Program-made: the position numbers and the translations under genes
NCBI GenBank assembly: GCA_036676495.1
Contig: JAKFCT010000028.1
Coordinates: 138,832 to 202,831 of the forward strand
DNA length: 64,000 nt
Source: Candidatus Sericytochromatia bacterium
GTDB lineage: Bacteria > Cyanobacteriota > Sericytochromatia > S15B-MN24 > UBA4093
Direction of reading: 5' to 3'
Notes under the pieces: generated by a model
Database searches by the model: none
The model's input: only the letters and a program-made list of their open reading frames with translations
What the model was told of the DNA's origin: nothing
Shown here: positions 17,266 to 27,568 of the stretch, in pieces
How positions within the stretch are numbered: position 1 is the stretch's first letter
Layout of the letters: each line of letters starts with the position of its first letter

Positions 17266-20200
17266 ACCAGGACCTCCTCAGGCTGGGCGATCGCCGGCTT
17301 CTGGCGGCGGCCCAGGGCGCGATATAGAACCGGCAGCAGGAAGAGCGTCAGCGCGGTCGACGAGAACAACCCGCCGATGACGACCCACGCCAGCGGCCGT
17401 TGGATCTCGGAGCCGATGCCCGTCGAGAGCGCCAGCGGCATGAGGCCCAGGCTGGCCACCATCGCCGTCATCAGGACGGGACGCAGACGGATGAGACAGC
17501 CTTCCCGGACCGCCAGGTCGATGGGCATCCCTTCGGCCACCAGCTTGTTGAGCGTGCTGACCAGGATGACGCCGTTCTGCACTGCGACCCCGAAGAGGGC
17601 GATGAAGCCGACCGAGGCGCTTACGCTCAGGTGCTGACCCGAGAGGAACAGGGCCGCGATGCCGCCGATCAGGGCGAACGGGATGTTCAGGATGATCAGC
17701 GCCGCATGGGGCACCGACCCGAAGGTCCCGAAGAGCAGCAGGAAGATCAGGCCGATGACCACCGGGACCACCACGGAGAGGGTTCCCATGGCTCGCTGCT
17801 GGCTCTCGAACTGGCCGCCCCAGGTGGTCCAGTAGCCGGCGGGAAGCTCGATCTCCGCGTCGATGCGCTTGCGCGCGTCCGCCACGAAGGAGCCGATGTC
17901 CCGGCCGTGCACGTTGGACTCGATGACGATCCGGCGCTGGCCGTTCTCGCGGCTCACGACCGCCGGCCCGCTCTCCACGGCGATCCGGGCCACCTGGGAC
18001 AGGGGAACCTGGTAGCCCGAGGGAGTCGGGACCCGAACCGCCCCGATCTTGAGGGGATCGTCCCGGTAGGTCGCGGGAAGGCGGACGGCCACGCCGATGC
18101 GGCGCTGGCCCTCCTGGATATGGGTGACCACCTGGCCGCCGATGGCCGCCCCGATGACCTCGCCGAGATCATCCGAGGAGAGGCCGTAGCGCGCCATGGC
18201 CGCCCGGTCGTACGCGACCTGGACCATCGCGAGGCCGGCGGATTGCTCGGCCTTCACGTCGATCGCCCCGGGGATCTCCTGGAGGATGGCCTGAGCGGCG
18301 GCGGCCTTCTCGGCCAGCACGTCCAGGTCGTCTCCGAAGATCTTGAGCGCCACCTGGCTCTTCACGCCGGAGATCAGCTCGTCCACGCGGACGGCGATGG
18401 GCTCGCCGAACGCCAGGCCGATGCCCGGCACGTGGCTGGTCGCCTCCTCCATCTTCTCCACGAGCTCGTCCTTGGTCTTGGCCGTGGTCCATTGCTCATG
18501 CGGCTTGAGCTTGATGAAGATGTCCGACATGCTCACGTCCATGGGGTCGGAGGCCACCTCGGCGCGGCCCGTCCGGGAGACGACCGACACGACCTCCGGG
18601 AACCCCAGCAGGATTTTCTCGACCGCGTTGGCCTGCTCGTTGGCTTTTTCAAGCGAAACGCTCGCGAGGCGCGAGGCCGAGATGACGATCGACCCCTCAT
18701 CCATCTTGGGAAGGAACTCGGAGCCCAGGCGCGGCACCAGTGCCAGCGCGGCGACCAGGGCCACGACGGCGCCGGCGAAGATCGCCTTGCCATGGTCGAG
18801 CGACCAGTTCAGGGCCCGGGAATACCCCCGGCGAAGCAGGACCAGCAGCGGATTCTCTTTCTCGACCAGCTGGCCCTTGAGCCAGAAGGACGACAAGACC
18901 GGCACCAGGGTCAGCGCCAGGACCAGCGAGCCCAGCATGGCGAAGGAGATGGTGAAGGCCATCGGGCTGAACATCTTCCCTTCCATGCCCTGAAGGGTGA
19001 AGAGGGGAAGGAAGACCACGATGATGATGGCGATCGCGAAGACCACCGGACGGCCCACTTCCGTCGCCGCATGGAAGATCGTCTGGAGGGTGGGATGCTT
19101 TCCGTGATCCTCGGAGAGGTGGCGGAAGATGTTCTCGACCATGACGATGCTGGCGTCCACCATCATGCCCAGGCCGATCGCCAGGCCTCCGAGGCTCATG
19201 AGGTTGCCCGGCAGGTTGAAGAGCTTCATCATCCCGAAGGCGAAGAGCATCGCCAGGGGGATGGTCAGCGCCACGATGAGGCTGGAGCGCAGGTTCCAGA
19301 GGAAGAAGAGCAGCACCGCGACGACCAGGACGCCGCCCTCGATCAGGGATTTCTCGACGGAGCCCACGGCCTTCGAGATGAGCTCGTTCTGGTCGTAGAA
19401 GGGCACGAGCTTGACGCCGTCGGGAAGGGCCTTGCCGGCTTCCGCCATGCGGTCCTTGACCCGGTCGATGACCTCGCGGGTGTTCTCGCCCTTGAGCTTC
19501 ATGACGATGCCGATCACGGTCTCGGTGCCGTTGCGGGTGGCCGCGCCCTGGCGCGGAGCTGCTCCCATGACGACCTGGGCCACGTCCCGGAGATAGATGG
19601 GCTTGCCTTGCCGCATGGCGACGACGCTGGCCTCCAGCTCCTCGGGAGTCGCGGCGAGCCCCAGGCCGCGGATCAGGTACTGTTCGTCCCCGTGATTCAG
19701 GTAGTTGCCGGCCGCGTTCGCATTGCTGCGGGCGACGGCCGTCATCACGTCATGCAGGGTCAAGCTGTAGGCCGTGAGACGATCCGGAAGCACCTCGACC
19801 TGAAGCTGCTTGAGCTCTCCGCCCAGGCTGTTGACCTCGGTGACACCGGGGACCGAGCGCAGGAAAGGACGGACGATCCAGTCCTGGAGGCTCCGACGCT
19901 CGGCAAGCGAAAGGGGCCCCTCGACGGTGTACTGGAAGATCTCGCCCATGCCCGTGGCGATGGGCCCCATCGCGGGCTTCACGCCCTCGGGCATCTCGCT
20001 CGCGACGTTCGAGAGGCGCTCGCCGACCAGTTGACGGGCGAGATAGATGCTCACGTCGTCGTGGAAGACCACCGTGATGACCGAGAGGCCGAACTTGGAG
20101 CTGGAGCGGACTTCTTGCACTTTCGGCAGGCCGCTCATCTCCATCTCGATGGGGTAGGTCACCAGACGCTCGACCTCCACCGGGGCCATGCCGTCGGCTT

Positions 20201-20354
20201 CGGTGAGCACCTGGACCTGGACGTTGGTGACGTCCGGCAGGGCGTCGATGGGTAGCGAGGTGAAGGCCCAGGCTCCCCAGCCGCCGATGAGCAGGCTGAG
20301 AACGATGACCAGGAGGCGTTGCGACAGCCCGAAGCGTAGAAGCTTGTCGATCAT
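17262..20354 (-). CDS. czcA: Heavy-metal efflux RND transporter, CzcA/CusA family
   Basis: LPIDALPDVTNVQVQV, NLMSLGGLAIG.GM.VD..IVMVEN, RLRPVLMTA. Confidence 0.92.
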   Translation of the reverse strand: MIDKLLRFGLSQRLLVIVLSLLIGGWGAWAFTSLPIDALPDVTNVQVQVLTEADGMAPVEVERLVTYPIEMEMSGLPKVQEVRSSSKFGLSVITVVFHDDVSIYLARQLVGERLSNVASEMPEGVKPAMGPIATGMGEIFQYTVEGPLSLAERRSLQDWIVRPFLRSVPGVTEVNSLGGELKQLQVEVLPDRLTAYSLTLHDVMTAVARSNANAAGNYLNHGDEQYLIRGLGLAATPEELEASVVAMRQGKPIYLRDVAQVVMGAAPRQGAATRNGTETVIGIVMKLKGENTREVIDRVKDRMAEAGKALPDGVKLVPFYDQNELISKAVGSVEKSLIEGGVLVVAVLLFFLWNLRSSLIVALTIPLAMLFAFGMMKLFNLPGNLMSLGGLAIGLGMMVDASIVMVENIFRHLSEDHGKHPTLQTIFHAATEVGRPVVFAIAIIIVVFLPLFTLQGMEGKMFSPMAFTISFAMLGSLVLALTLVPVLSSFWLKGQLVEKENPLLVLLRRGYSRALNWSLDHGKAIFAGAVVALVAALALVPRLGSEFLPKMDEGSIVISASRLASVSLEKANEQANAVEKILLGFPEVVSVVSRTGRAEVASDPMDVSMSDIFIKLKPHEQWTTAKTKDELVEKMEEATSHVPGIGLAFGEPIAVRVDELISGVKSQVALKIFGDDLDVLAEKAAAAQAILQEIPGAIDVKAEQSAGLAMVQVAYDRAAMARYGLSSDDLGEVIGAAIGGQVVTHIQEGQRRIGVAVRLPATYRDDPLKIGAVRVPTPSGYQVPLSQVARIAVESGPAVVSRENGQRRIVIESNVHGRDIGSFVADARKRIDAEIELPAGYWTTWGGQFESQQRAMGTLSVVVPVVIGLIFLLLFGTFGSVPHAALIILNIPFALIGGIAALFLSGQHLSVSASVGFIALFGVAVQNGVILVSTLNKLVAEGMPIDLAVREGCLIRLRPVLMTAMVASLGLMPLALSTGIGSEIQRPLAWVVIGGLFSSTALTLFLLPVLYRALGRRQKPAIAQPEEVLV

Positions 20355-20355
20355 G

Positions 20356-21516
20356 CTACTCGCCTCCGAACTGGGCCTTACGGGCCTGCGAGCGCAGGTC
20401 GAAGCTGCCCTGGGTCACGATGGGCGTCCCCGGCTGGGGACCGGCGAGCAGCTCGACGAATTCGGAGTTGCTCTCGCCCGAGCGCACGACGACTTCCTCG
20501 TACTGGCCCTGCTCCCGGGGCACGTAGATGAAGGCCCGGTCTCCCTCGCGCTGGAGGGCGGCCGTGGGAACCGTGGCGACGCCGGGGCGGCTGAGCCCCA
20601 GGGAGACCGTCACGGACATGCCGGGCCGGAACTTCCCGTCCGGATTGGGAAGGTCGATCAGGACCTGCCCCGTGCGGCTGGAAGCCTCGACGGTGGGCGA
20701 GAAGCCGACGACCTTGCCCGTGAACGGACGCCCGGGAAGGGCCGACAGCGTGACCTTGGCCACCACGCCCCGGGTGAGGGCGAGGAAATCCCGCTCGGGG
20801 AGATTGGCCTGGACCCGCACGAGACGCAAGTCGAGCAGCTCGAACAGGGGCTCTGTCGAATCCGGAAGGACGTACTGGCCGACCGCCGCGTGACGCTCGA
20901 CGATGGTGCCGGCCATGGGAGCGCGAAGCACGACCTTGGGGTCGATGCGCTTGAGGGAAGCAATCTCGCCGTCCTCAAGGCCCAGAACCCTCAGCTCCTC
21001 CTTGGCCTGAGCCAGCGAGAGCTGGGCCGCCGCGTCGCGCTGCTCGGCCGTATCGAGCTCCTGCTTGGAGCCGAGATCGGCATCCAGCAGGCCGCGCTGG
21101 CGGTTGCGCTCGCGGCGGGCGAGATCGGCCTCGCCCTTGGCTTTCAGGTAAGCCGATTGGGCCGAGCCCAGAGCGGCGCTCGAAAGGGTGGCCAGGGGAG
21201 CTCCGGCGTCGACCCGGTCTCCGACCTTGGCGTGGAGCTTGACGAGATGGCCGCTGAGAGGGGCATGGACGACGCTCTCGGCCTCGGGGCGGGAGCTGAC
21301 TTGGCCGGGGGCCTCTCGGGTGGTCGTGAAGTCGCGAAGCTCGACGCTGGCGGTGGCCAGCTTGACGAGCGCGCGCGCCTCCTCGGGGAGCGTGACGATG
21401 CCCGAGGGGGCTTCCTCGGAGGTTTCTTGAGCGGGCTCGGGTGCGTGGCTGCAACCGGCCAGACCGGTCAGCGCACTGGAAACGAGGGCAAGGGGAATCA
21501 CGTGACGCCAGAACAT
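20356..21516 (-). CDS. czcB: RND periplasmic adaptor, CzcB-like lipoprotein
   Basis: LAGC lipobox; biotinyl-like repeats; NPDGKFRPGM. Confidence 0.88.
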   Translation of the reverse strand: MFWRHVIPLALVSSALTGLAGCSHAPEPAQETSEEAPSGIVTLPEEARALVKLATASVELRDFTTTREAPGQVSSRPEAESVVHAPLSGHLVKLHAKVGDRVDAGAPLATLSSAALGSAQSAYLKAKGEADLARRERNRQRGLLDADLGSKQELDTAEQRDAAAQLSLAQAKEELRVLGLEDGEIASLKRIDPKVVLRAPMAGTIVERHAAVGQYVLPDSTEPLFELLDLRLVRVQANLPERDFLALTRGVVAKVTLSALPGRPFTGKVVGFSPTVEASSRTGQVLIDLPNPDGKFRPGMSVTVSLGLSRPGVATVPTAALQREGDRAFIYVPREQGQYEEVVVRSGESNSEFVELLAGPQPGTPIVTQGSFDLRSQARKAQFGGE

Positions 21517-21530
21517 GAGGAACTCCTTAT

Positions 21531-21589
21531 ATGTCAGCCGCCGGCGCTAAATGACAGCCGCAGGCGCTAGTTAGAGAGGCAGGCGCTAG
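21531..21589 (-). repeat. Three degenerate ~20-bp tandem units (YTAGCGCCYGCGGCTG)
   Basis: ATGTCAGCCGCCGGCGCTAA / ATGACAGCCGCAGGCGCTAG / TTAGAGAGGCAGGCGCTAG. Confidence 0.7.
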
Positions 21590-22794
21590 CGCCCCGCGGC
21601 CGTCTGAAGCCGCAGGAGGGTGAGCTGGTAGTCGAGGTGAGCCTTCGCCCTGTTGGACTCGGCCTGGCTGAACGCATGGCGGGCGCCCAGCAGCTCGGCG
21701 CGATTGCCGGCACCGAGCTTGAAGCGCTCGTCGGCCTTCTCCAGCAAATGCTCGGCATGCGGGATCAGGCGCTCGGTCACGTCCACGAGGCGAGAACGGG
21801 CCGCGACCGCCTCGTAGTAAGCGGCCAGGACCTCCCGCGAGATCGCTTGCTTCGAGGCGAGCAGCTCCACGTCCAGGCGGGCCGCGTCCGCGGTGGCCGC
21901 CTTGCGCTCGGCCTCGTGGCCGTTCCAGACCGGCAACGGAAGATCGAAGCTGCCGAGAAGCAGCGGATCGGAGTTGGACGCCGTTCCGGCCTGCGCCTCC
22001 AGCTCGCCTTCCCCGAACCTCAGGGACTCCGCCAGGCGGATGCCGCGGACCTCACGGCGGCGGGCGATCGCCACCTGCTGCGGCTCAGGACGGTTCGCCT
22101 GGGCCTCGCCGATCCATTCCGACAAGGGAGCCAACGGCCCGACCTCGAAGCTAGGCGGAGCCAAGTCGAACGCCGCCTCTTCCTCTTGCCCCAGCAGGAA
22201 ATTCAGCCGTGCCAGCTGACCCTTGGCTTGTTGCTGGGCGTGACGCTGGGCCAGCTCCGCTTCGAGCAGGTCGAGCTCGGCATCGATCAGCTCGTGGCGG
22301 GAGGCAGTGCCCATCTCCACGCGCTTGCGGGTCCGATTCAGCTCGTCGCGCTGCCAGTCGAGATCGCGCGTCAGGCGCTGCAGTTCGGTCTTGGCCAGCC
22401 ACGCCTGCCAGTAGGCTTCCTTGGCCTGCGCTCCCACCTCTTGGGTCAGGCGCGCGCGCTGCAGCCCCAGGATTTCCACGTCCTCCTCGGCCTGGGCGCG
22501 CCGCTGAGAGGCCAATCCGCGGAAGTCCAGCAGCTGGCGGAACCCGAGGGTGAACTGGTTGTGATCGGCGGTCGGCGAGAGCTGCAGCTGGCCGACCAGG
22601 CTCGGGTTGTTCCGGGCTCCGGAGACGAGGGCCCGGGCCTTCGCGGCTTCAATGGCATGATCCATCGCCTTGATGACCGGGCTCTGGGCGATCGCCTTGG
22701 CGGAGAGCTCCTCCTGGGTGAGGGGAGTGCCCCACGCCGCTCCCGCCGGGGTGGCGACGAGCAGCAGCAGAGCGAGAGAACATCGCGCGCGCAT
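21586..22794 (-). CDS. czcC: Outer membrane efflux protein, CzcC/TolC family
   Basis: Signal peptide; OEP repeats (LPLPVWN, LIP.AE); first gene of the CBA operon. Confidence 0.85.
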   Translation of the reverse strand: MRARCSLALLLLVATPAGAAWGTPLTQEELSAKAIAQSPVIKAMDHAIEAAKARALVSGARNNPSLVGQLQLSPTADHNQFTLGFRQLLDFRGLASQRRAQAEEDVEILGLQRARLTQEVGAQAKEAYWQAWLAKTELQRLTRDLDWQRDELNRTRKRVEMGTASRHELIDAELDLLEAELAQRHAQQQAKGQLARLNFLLGQEEEAAFDLAPPSFEVGPLAPLSEWIGEAQANRPEPQQVAIARRREVRGIRLAESLRFGEGELEAQAGTASNSDPLLLGSFDLPLPVWNGHEAERKAATADAARLDVELLASKQAISREVLAAYYEAVAARSRLVDVTERLIPHAEHLLEKADERFKLGAGNRAELLGARHAFSQAESNRAKAHLDYQLTLLRLQTAAGR

Positions 22795-22984
22795 GACTTC
22801 CTTCCTGAGGTGGGCCAGGACCCCATCGGCCGGCCGAGAGCGGAGACGCTTGATCGAGCCTAGCAGGCGTTCGTGAAAAAATCGGGGAAAAGCCGCAAGC
22901 GCCCCGTGCAGCCATTGGACGGGGTAGCTTCCCCTATCCTAACATCCCTCCCCGCCTCTGCCCCCCCGGAAAGCTGAAAAGAAG

Positions 22985-23017
22985 TCGGGCCCGCGATCCT
23001 GAGGATCGCGGGCCCGA
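22985..23017 (-). terminator. Rho-independent terminator
   Basis: TCGGGCCCGCGATCCT-G-AGGATCGCGGGCCCGA followed by CTTCTTTT on the minus strand. Confidence 0.75.
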
Positions 23018-23028
23018 GAGGGGAAGGG

Positions 23029-23122
23029 TTGGCGCCCGGGGCGGTTTCGAAAGGCCGCGAGAGATAGCCGTGAAGCTGACCGCATCAGGATGAACAGTTT
23101 CTCTCGCGGTCCTGTGGAAACC
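23029..23122 (+). repeat. Hairpin repeat element, diverged copy
   Basis: GGCGCCCGGGGCGGTTTCGAAAGG...GGTCCTGTGGAAAC with internal stem CCGCGAGAGA/TCTCTCGCGG. Confidence 0.65.
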
Positions 23123-23130
23123 ACGTGGGT

Positions 23131-23358
23131 CTATGACTTCGTGAAGGTGATGAACCAATCGGACGGCGACTCCTGCCTCACCGCATGGGAGAAGCCGCGG
23201 CCGGCGAGCACGCCGTAAAGCGGCACCGGCTCGAAGGTATTGCGCAGCACCAGGCTGTCTCCGCTCTCCAGGCCGCTGATGGCGGCCATGATGTCCGCGA
23301 AGGGTTCGCGCCCCTCGGCATGGTAGTGGCGGACATCCAGTTCGACGTTTCGGGACAT
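23131..23358 (-). CDS. DUF2249 domain protein
   Basis: LDVR...G.EPF..IM.A, FEPVPLY.VL..RGF.H. Confidence 0.85.
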   Translation of the reverse strand: MSRNVELDVRHYHAEGREPFADIMAAISGLESGDSLVLRNTFEPVPLYGVLAGRGFSHAVRQESPSDWFITFTKS

Positions 23359-23523
23359 GAGGCCTCCTCAAAAGACGCGGGGGATCGTTAACCACGTTAA
23401 GGGCCAGAAACCGCTCCGTCACTGAGGTAGCTCAAAGAGGAGGAGGCTGGACGAGAAGCGATCCTTCCTGTTAGCTTGAGGGAGAGCATGCAACGAGGCA
23501 TGCAGCGAAAAAGGGAGATCGCG

Positions 23524-24807
23524 ATGACGACCCAGAAGCCCGACTTTTCCCCCGAAACCCTCATGATGAGCCATGGCTACGACCCCTTCCTCTCGGAAGG
23601 CGCGGCGAAGCCCCCCATCTTCATGACCTCGACCTTCGTCTTCCGGAGCGCCGAGGAGGGCGAGCAATACTTCAAATGGGCCTACGGCCTGGAGCAGCGT
23701 GAGCACGACCAGACCATGGGGCTCATCTACTCCCGGCTCAACAACCCGGGCCTGCAGATCCTCGAAGAGCGCCTGGCGGTCTGGGACGAGGCCGAGATGG
23801 CGCTGTCGTTCGCGAGCGGCATGGCGGCCATCACGACCTCGGTCATGGCCCACACCAAGCCCGGCGACGTGCTGCTCTACAGCATGCCGGTCTACGGCGG
23901 CACGGAGTTCCTCTTCGAGAAGATCCTCCCCAAGTTCGGCATCGAGACCCGGTCCTTCCCGGCGGATCTGCCGCTGGACGAGTTGGAGGCCATGGCGCGG
24001 GAGATCGGCGATCGCCTCTCGGTGATCTACCTCGAATCCCCCGCCAACCCCACCAACCGCCTGATCGACATCGCCGGCATCGCGCGGATCGGCCGCAAGC
24101 TCACGTACGGCGATCGCCACGTCCTCACCTTCGTCGACAACACCTTCCTCGGCCCCGTCTTCCAGAAGCCCCTCGCCCTGGGCGCCGACGTCGTCCTCTA
24201 CTCCGCCACCAAGTACCTGGGCGGGCACAGCGACGTCATCGCCGGAGCCGTCTCGGGACGCAAGGAGGTCATGGAGGCCATCGGGGTCTACCGCACCATC
24301 ATGGGCTCCATGCCGGATCCGTTCACCTGCTGGCTGCTGCTGCGCTCGCTAGAGACCCTCAAGATCCGCATGGAGGCGCAGATGGCGAACGCCCAGCGCA
24401 TCGCCGAACGTCTCGCCGCGCATCCGCTGGTCGAGCGCGTCTTCTACCCGACCTTGCTGGATCCCGAGTCGCGCCAGTACGCCATCTTCAAGTCCCAGTG
24501 CACCGGCTCGGGCGCCCTCATCTCCTTCGAGATCAAGGGTGGCAAGGCCGAGGCCTTCCGCTTCCTCAACGCGGTCAAGCTCTGCAAGCTCGCGGTCAGC
24601 CTCGGAGGCACCGAGAGCCTGGTCGAGCACCCTTCCACCATGACCCACAGCGACATCCCGGTCGACGTCCAGCAGCGCTACGGCATCACCGACAGCCTGA
24701 TTCGCCTCTCCGTCGGAGTGGAGAACGTGGACGACCTCATGAGCGACCTGACGCAGGCCCTTGAAACGAGCCAGCGCAAGGAAACCGCCACCGCGGGCAC
24801 TCCATAA
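23524..24807 (+). CDS. PLP-dependent Cys/Met metabolism enzyme (methionine gamma-lyase/cystathionine gamma-synthase family)
   Basis: YSRLNNP, FASGMAAI, ESPANPT, VDNTF, SATKYLGGHSD, LAVSLGGTESL. Confidence 0.9.
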   Translation: MTTQKPDFSPETLMMSHGYDPFLSEGAAKPPIFMTSTFVFRSAEEGEQYFKWAYGLEQREHDQTMGLIYSRLNNPGLQILEERLAVWDEAEMALSFASGMAAITTSVMAHTKPGDVLLYSMPVYGGTEFLFEKILPKFGIETRSFPADLPLDELEAMAREIGDRLSVIYLESPANPTNRLIDIAGIARIGRKLTYGDRHVLTFVDNTFLGPVFQKPLALGADVVLYSATKYLGGHSDVIAGAVSGRKEVMEAIGVYRTIMGSMPDPFTCWLLLRSLETLKIRMEAQMANAQRIAERLAAHPLVERVFYPTLLDPESRQYAIFKSQCTGSGALISFEIKGGKAEAFRFLNAVKLCKLAVSLGGTESLVEHPSTMTHSDIPVDVQQRYGITDSLIRLSVGVENVDDLMSDLTQALETSQRKETATAGTP

Positions 24808-24814
24808 CCCCTTC

Positions 24815-24845
24815 GTCGGACCCGGAAGTGACTTCCGGGTCCGAC
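24815..24845. terminator. Perfect inverted repeat after the lyase gene
   Basis: GTCGGACCCGGAAGT-G-ACTTCCGGGTCCGAC. Confidence 0.65.
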
Positions 24846-24896
24846 ACTCCCTTCGACCCCTTCCGACCCTGGCAGGATGAGGTTGCATCCCCGCCC

Positions 24897-27389
24897 ATGA
24901 CACGACTTGCGACGCTGCGAACGGTCCTCCTCAAGGCCATGGCCCTCATGGCCATCGGCGTCTGGCTACTGGTGACCTACAGCGTGGTCCGAGAGATCGG
25001 CCAACCCTTCGCCGGCTTCCGCTTCGAGCAAAGCCTCTCCGTCTCTCCCCAGAACTCCCTGCAATGGAACGGCCCCCGAGCGGGCCTCACGTCCTATGAC
25101 CGCTTGCTGTCCGCGAACGGAGAAGCGCTGCGGGTCAGCTCCGACCTCAAGCGGATCGTCAAGCAGCTTCCGGCGGGCACGCCCATCACCTACGAGATCC
25201 AGCGCCAGGACCAGCGCCTGAGCGTGACGGTGAAGACCCAGGTCCTGGAAGGCTGGGACTTCGTCAGGGCCTTCCTTCCCACGCTTCTCAACGGGTTACT
25301 GCACCTGCTCGTGGGAGCCTGGGCCTTCTGGTTGCGGCCCACGCATCCGGCCGCGCAGGCTCACCTCCTGGTGACCATCGCCGTGGGACTCTTCTTCCAG
25401 GTGCTCGGAGTGGACTTCACCATGGCGCATTGGTTCACTCCGGCCTACGTGGCGGGCGGCTGGTTCCTGGGAGCGACCAGCCTTCACTTCGCCATGGTCT
25501 TCCCGTCCCGGCTGGGCCTCGTCCGACGCCATCCTTGGCTGCCTTTGCTCGCCTACCTGCCGGCCGCAGCCATGGCCACCCTGCACGTCGCCACCTATAA
25601 CGCGCTCAACTACGTGCTGGACCCGACCGCGTGGAGCCCCAACCTCCTGCCCGTCTGGGCCGTCTGGACCGCTCTCGGCTTCGCCGCGTCCTTCGTCCGG
25701 GTGCTGATCAGCAGCTTCCGCAGCCCCGATCCGCAGGCCCGCAGCCAGGCGCGCATCGTGCTCCTGGGCCTGGTGATCGCCTACCTCCCGAGCATGCTGC
25801 TCTTCCTCATCCCGGTCCTGCGCCACGAGCTCGCGACCATCTCCATCGCGACGCTCACCATGGCCTACGCGTGCTTCCTGATCTTCCCGCTCTCGGTGGC
25901 CTACGCGGTCCTGCGCCACCAGCTCTTCGGGATCACGCAGGCCGTCAAGAAGACCCTGACCTACGCGGCCGTGACCGCCGCCTTGGGTGCGCTTTACTTC
26001 CTGCTGCTCGAAGGCACGCGCGCCTATCTGGGTCTTCATTCCCAGGCCTCCAACCTCCTGGTCATCCTGACGCTCACCGTGATCTTCGCCCCCCTTTACC
26101 AGCGAATCCAGGCGAGTATCGACCGGCTCTTCGCCCGCTCTCCGGTCCTGGCTCAGAAGGTCGCCGCGGACTTCGGCAAGGAAGCGCAAGACGAGCGGGA
26201 TCCGGGGCGGCTCTTGGGGCTCTTCGCGAGAAAGATCGGCGAGTTGCTGGATCCGGAGGTCCTCGCCACCTACCTGCGCGAGGAGCGCGGCGAGCTGACC
26301 CTGGCCGCGAGCTGGGGCGGCGCCGGGAACCTTCCCTCCGAGTTGACCTGCGACCATCCGATCGTGTACCGCGCGGTGACGCTGAAGCAGGCGATCGCCG
26401 TCCCCCCGGGCGCGCTGCCGGGTTTGTCGGACGGCCTCTGCCTGCCGCTGCTGGTCCAGGGAGAGTCGATTGGATGCCTGCTCATCGGGAAGCGCCGCGG
26501 CGGCTTCGACTACGAGGAGTCCGAGCGGCTCTTCCTGGTGACCATGGCCCAGCAGCTCGCCGTCTGGCTGAAGAACGCCCAGCTCTTCGAGCATCTTTCC
26601 CGGCGCAACGCCGAGCTCTCGCTCGCCAACCAGCACCTCCAGGAGCTGGATCGCCTCAAGGGGGACTTCCTCAACGCGGCCTCCCACGAGCTCCGCACGC
26701 CCCTGGCCTCCATCATGGGCTACTCCGAGTTCCTGGAGGAAGGGATGGGCGGCCCCGTCTCGCCCGAACAGCTGGAGTTCGTCCGGGAAATTCAGCAAGG
26801 CTCTCAGCGCCTCCTGCGCCTGGTCGACGACCTGCTGGACTTCGCGCGTCTGGAGGCTGGAGGGTTCAGCCTGGATCTGCAGGAGGCCGATCTCCGGGAG
26901 GCGATCGCCGAGGTGGCCAAGAGCCTCGTCCCGCAGGCGATGGCCAAGGGAGTGAGCCTGGAGCTGGAGCTTCCGGACGCCCCCTGCGAGGCGCGCATGG
27001 ACCCGCGGCGCATCGAACAGGTCCTGCTGAACTTGGTCGGCAACGCGCTGAAGTTCACCCCCGCCGAGGGTCGGGTGGTCATCCGGGTGCGCCGCGCGCC
27101 CGGGGCCTTCCGGGTCGAGGTGGAGGACTCCGGGATCGGCATTCCCCCGGCGCTCTGCCCCCGGCTCTTCGAGAAGTTCTTTCAGGTGGATCCCTCCACG
27201 ACCCGATCGTACGGCGGGACGGGTCTCGGCCTCTCGATCGCCAAGGCGTTGGTCGAGGCGCACGGGGGAACGATCGACGTGGTTAGCGAGCCCGGGAGAG
27301 GCTCTTGCTTCGGGTTCACCCTTCCGGATCCGGCCCCGGATCCGCGGGCGCTAACGCCGGACCCGCTTTACTCCGCGGGCCGCGGCTGA
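24897..27389 (+). CDS. Membrane sensor histidine kinase (PDZ-like periplasmic, multi-TM, GAF, HisKA, HATPase)
   Basis: [15 protein letters not shown]; SHELRTPL; NL.GNA.KFT; DSGIG; GGTGLGL. The upstream GTG lies inside a hairpin, so ATG 24897 is preferred. Confidence 0.9.
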   Translation: MTRLATLRTVLLKAMALMAIGVWLLVTYSVVREIGQPFAGFRFEQSLSVSPQNSLQWNGPRAGLTSYDRLLSANGEALRVSSDLKRIVKQLPAGTPITYEIQRQDQRLSVTVKTQVLEGWDFVRAFLPTLLNGLLHLLVGAWAFWLRPTHPAAQAHLLVTIAVGLFFQVLGVDFTMAHWFTPAYVAGGWFLGATSLHFAMVFPSRLGLVRRHPWLPLLAYLPAAAMATLHVATYNALNYVLDPTAWSPNLLPVWAVWTALGFAASFVRVLISSFRSPDPQARSQARIVLLGLVIAYLPSMLLFLIPVLRHELATISIATLTMAYACFLIFPLSVAYAVLRHQLFGITQAVKKTLTYAAVTAALGALYFLLLEGTRAYLGLHSQASNLLVILTLTVIFAPLYQRIQASIDRLFARSPVLAQKVAADFGKEAQDERDPGRLLGLFARKIGELLDPEVLATYLREERGELTLAASWGGAGNLPSELTCDHPIVYRAVTLKQAIAVPPGALPGLSDGLCLPLLVQGESIGCLLIGKRRGGFDYEESERLFLVTMAQQLAVWLKNAQLFEHLSRRNAELSLANQHLQELDRLKGDFLNAASHELRTPLASIMGYSEFLEEGMGGPVSPEQLEFVREIQQGSQRLLRLVDDLLDFARLEAGGFSLDLQEADLREAIAEVAKSLVPQAMAKGVSLELELPDAPCEARMDPRRIEQVLLNLVGNALKFTPAEGRVVIRVRRAPGAFRVEVEDSGIGIPPALCPRLFEKFFQVDPSTTRSYGGTGLGLSIAKALVEAHGGTIDVVSEPGRGSCFGFTLPDPAPDPRALTPDPLYSAGRG

Positions 27390-27439
27390 TACCATAGAGG
27401 ATTAAGCGGTCCAATTCCGCATCATTTTTTGTTTAAGGT

Positions 27440-27568
27440 AGGGTCTACGCTTTCGAGCATCTACCCAAACCCGCCGTATTAAAGCCACTGGCACCGCCTC
27501 GCGGCGCCAGGGCAGGGTTTCGTTAGACGCTCGCCCCTGCGTAGACCCTTCCGTTTGGAAGGATTCCT
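27440..27568 (+). promoter_or_regulatory. Structured 5' leader with anti-SD hairpin
   Basis: AGGGTCTACGC/GCGTAGACCCT long-range helix; CCTTCC-GTTT-GGAAGG hairpin covers the RBS. Confidence 0.55.

Noticed and set aside
23043-23122. Hammerhead ribozyme, SRP or 6S RNA
   Set aside because: Minus strand has CTGATGC rather than CTGATGA and lacks the three-helix core; no SRP loop; better explained as a repeat-family hairpin.
23400-23523. SAM riboswitch upstream of the Met/Cys lyase
   Set aside because: SAM-I core elements (ATC.AGAG, GCAAC, GTGC) are not recognisable.
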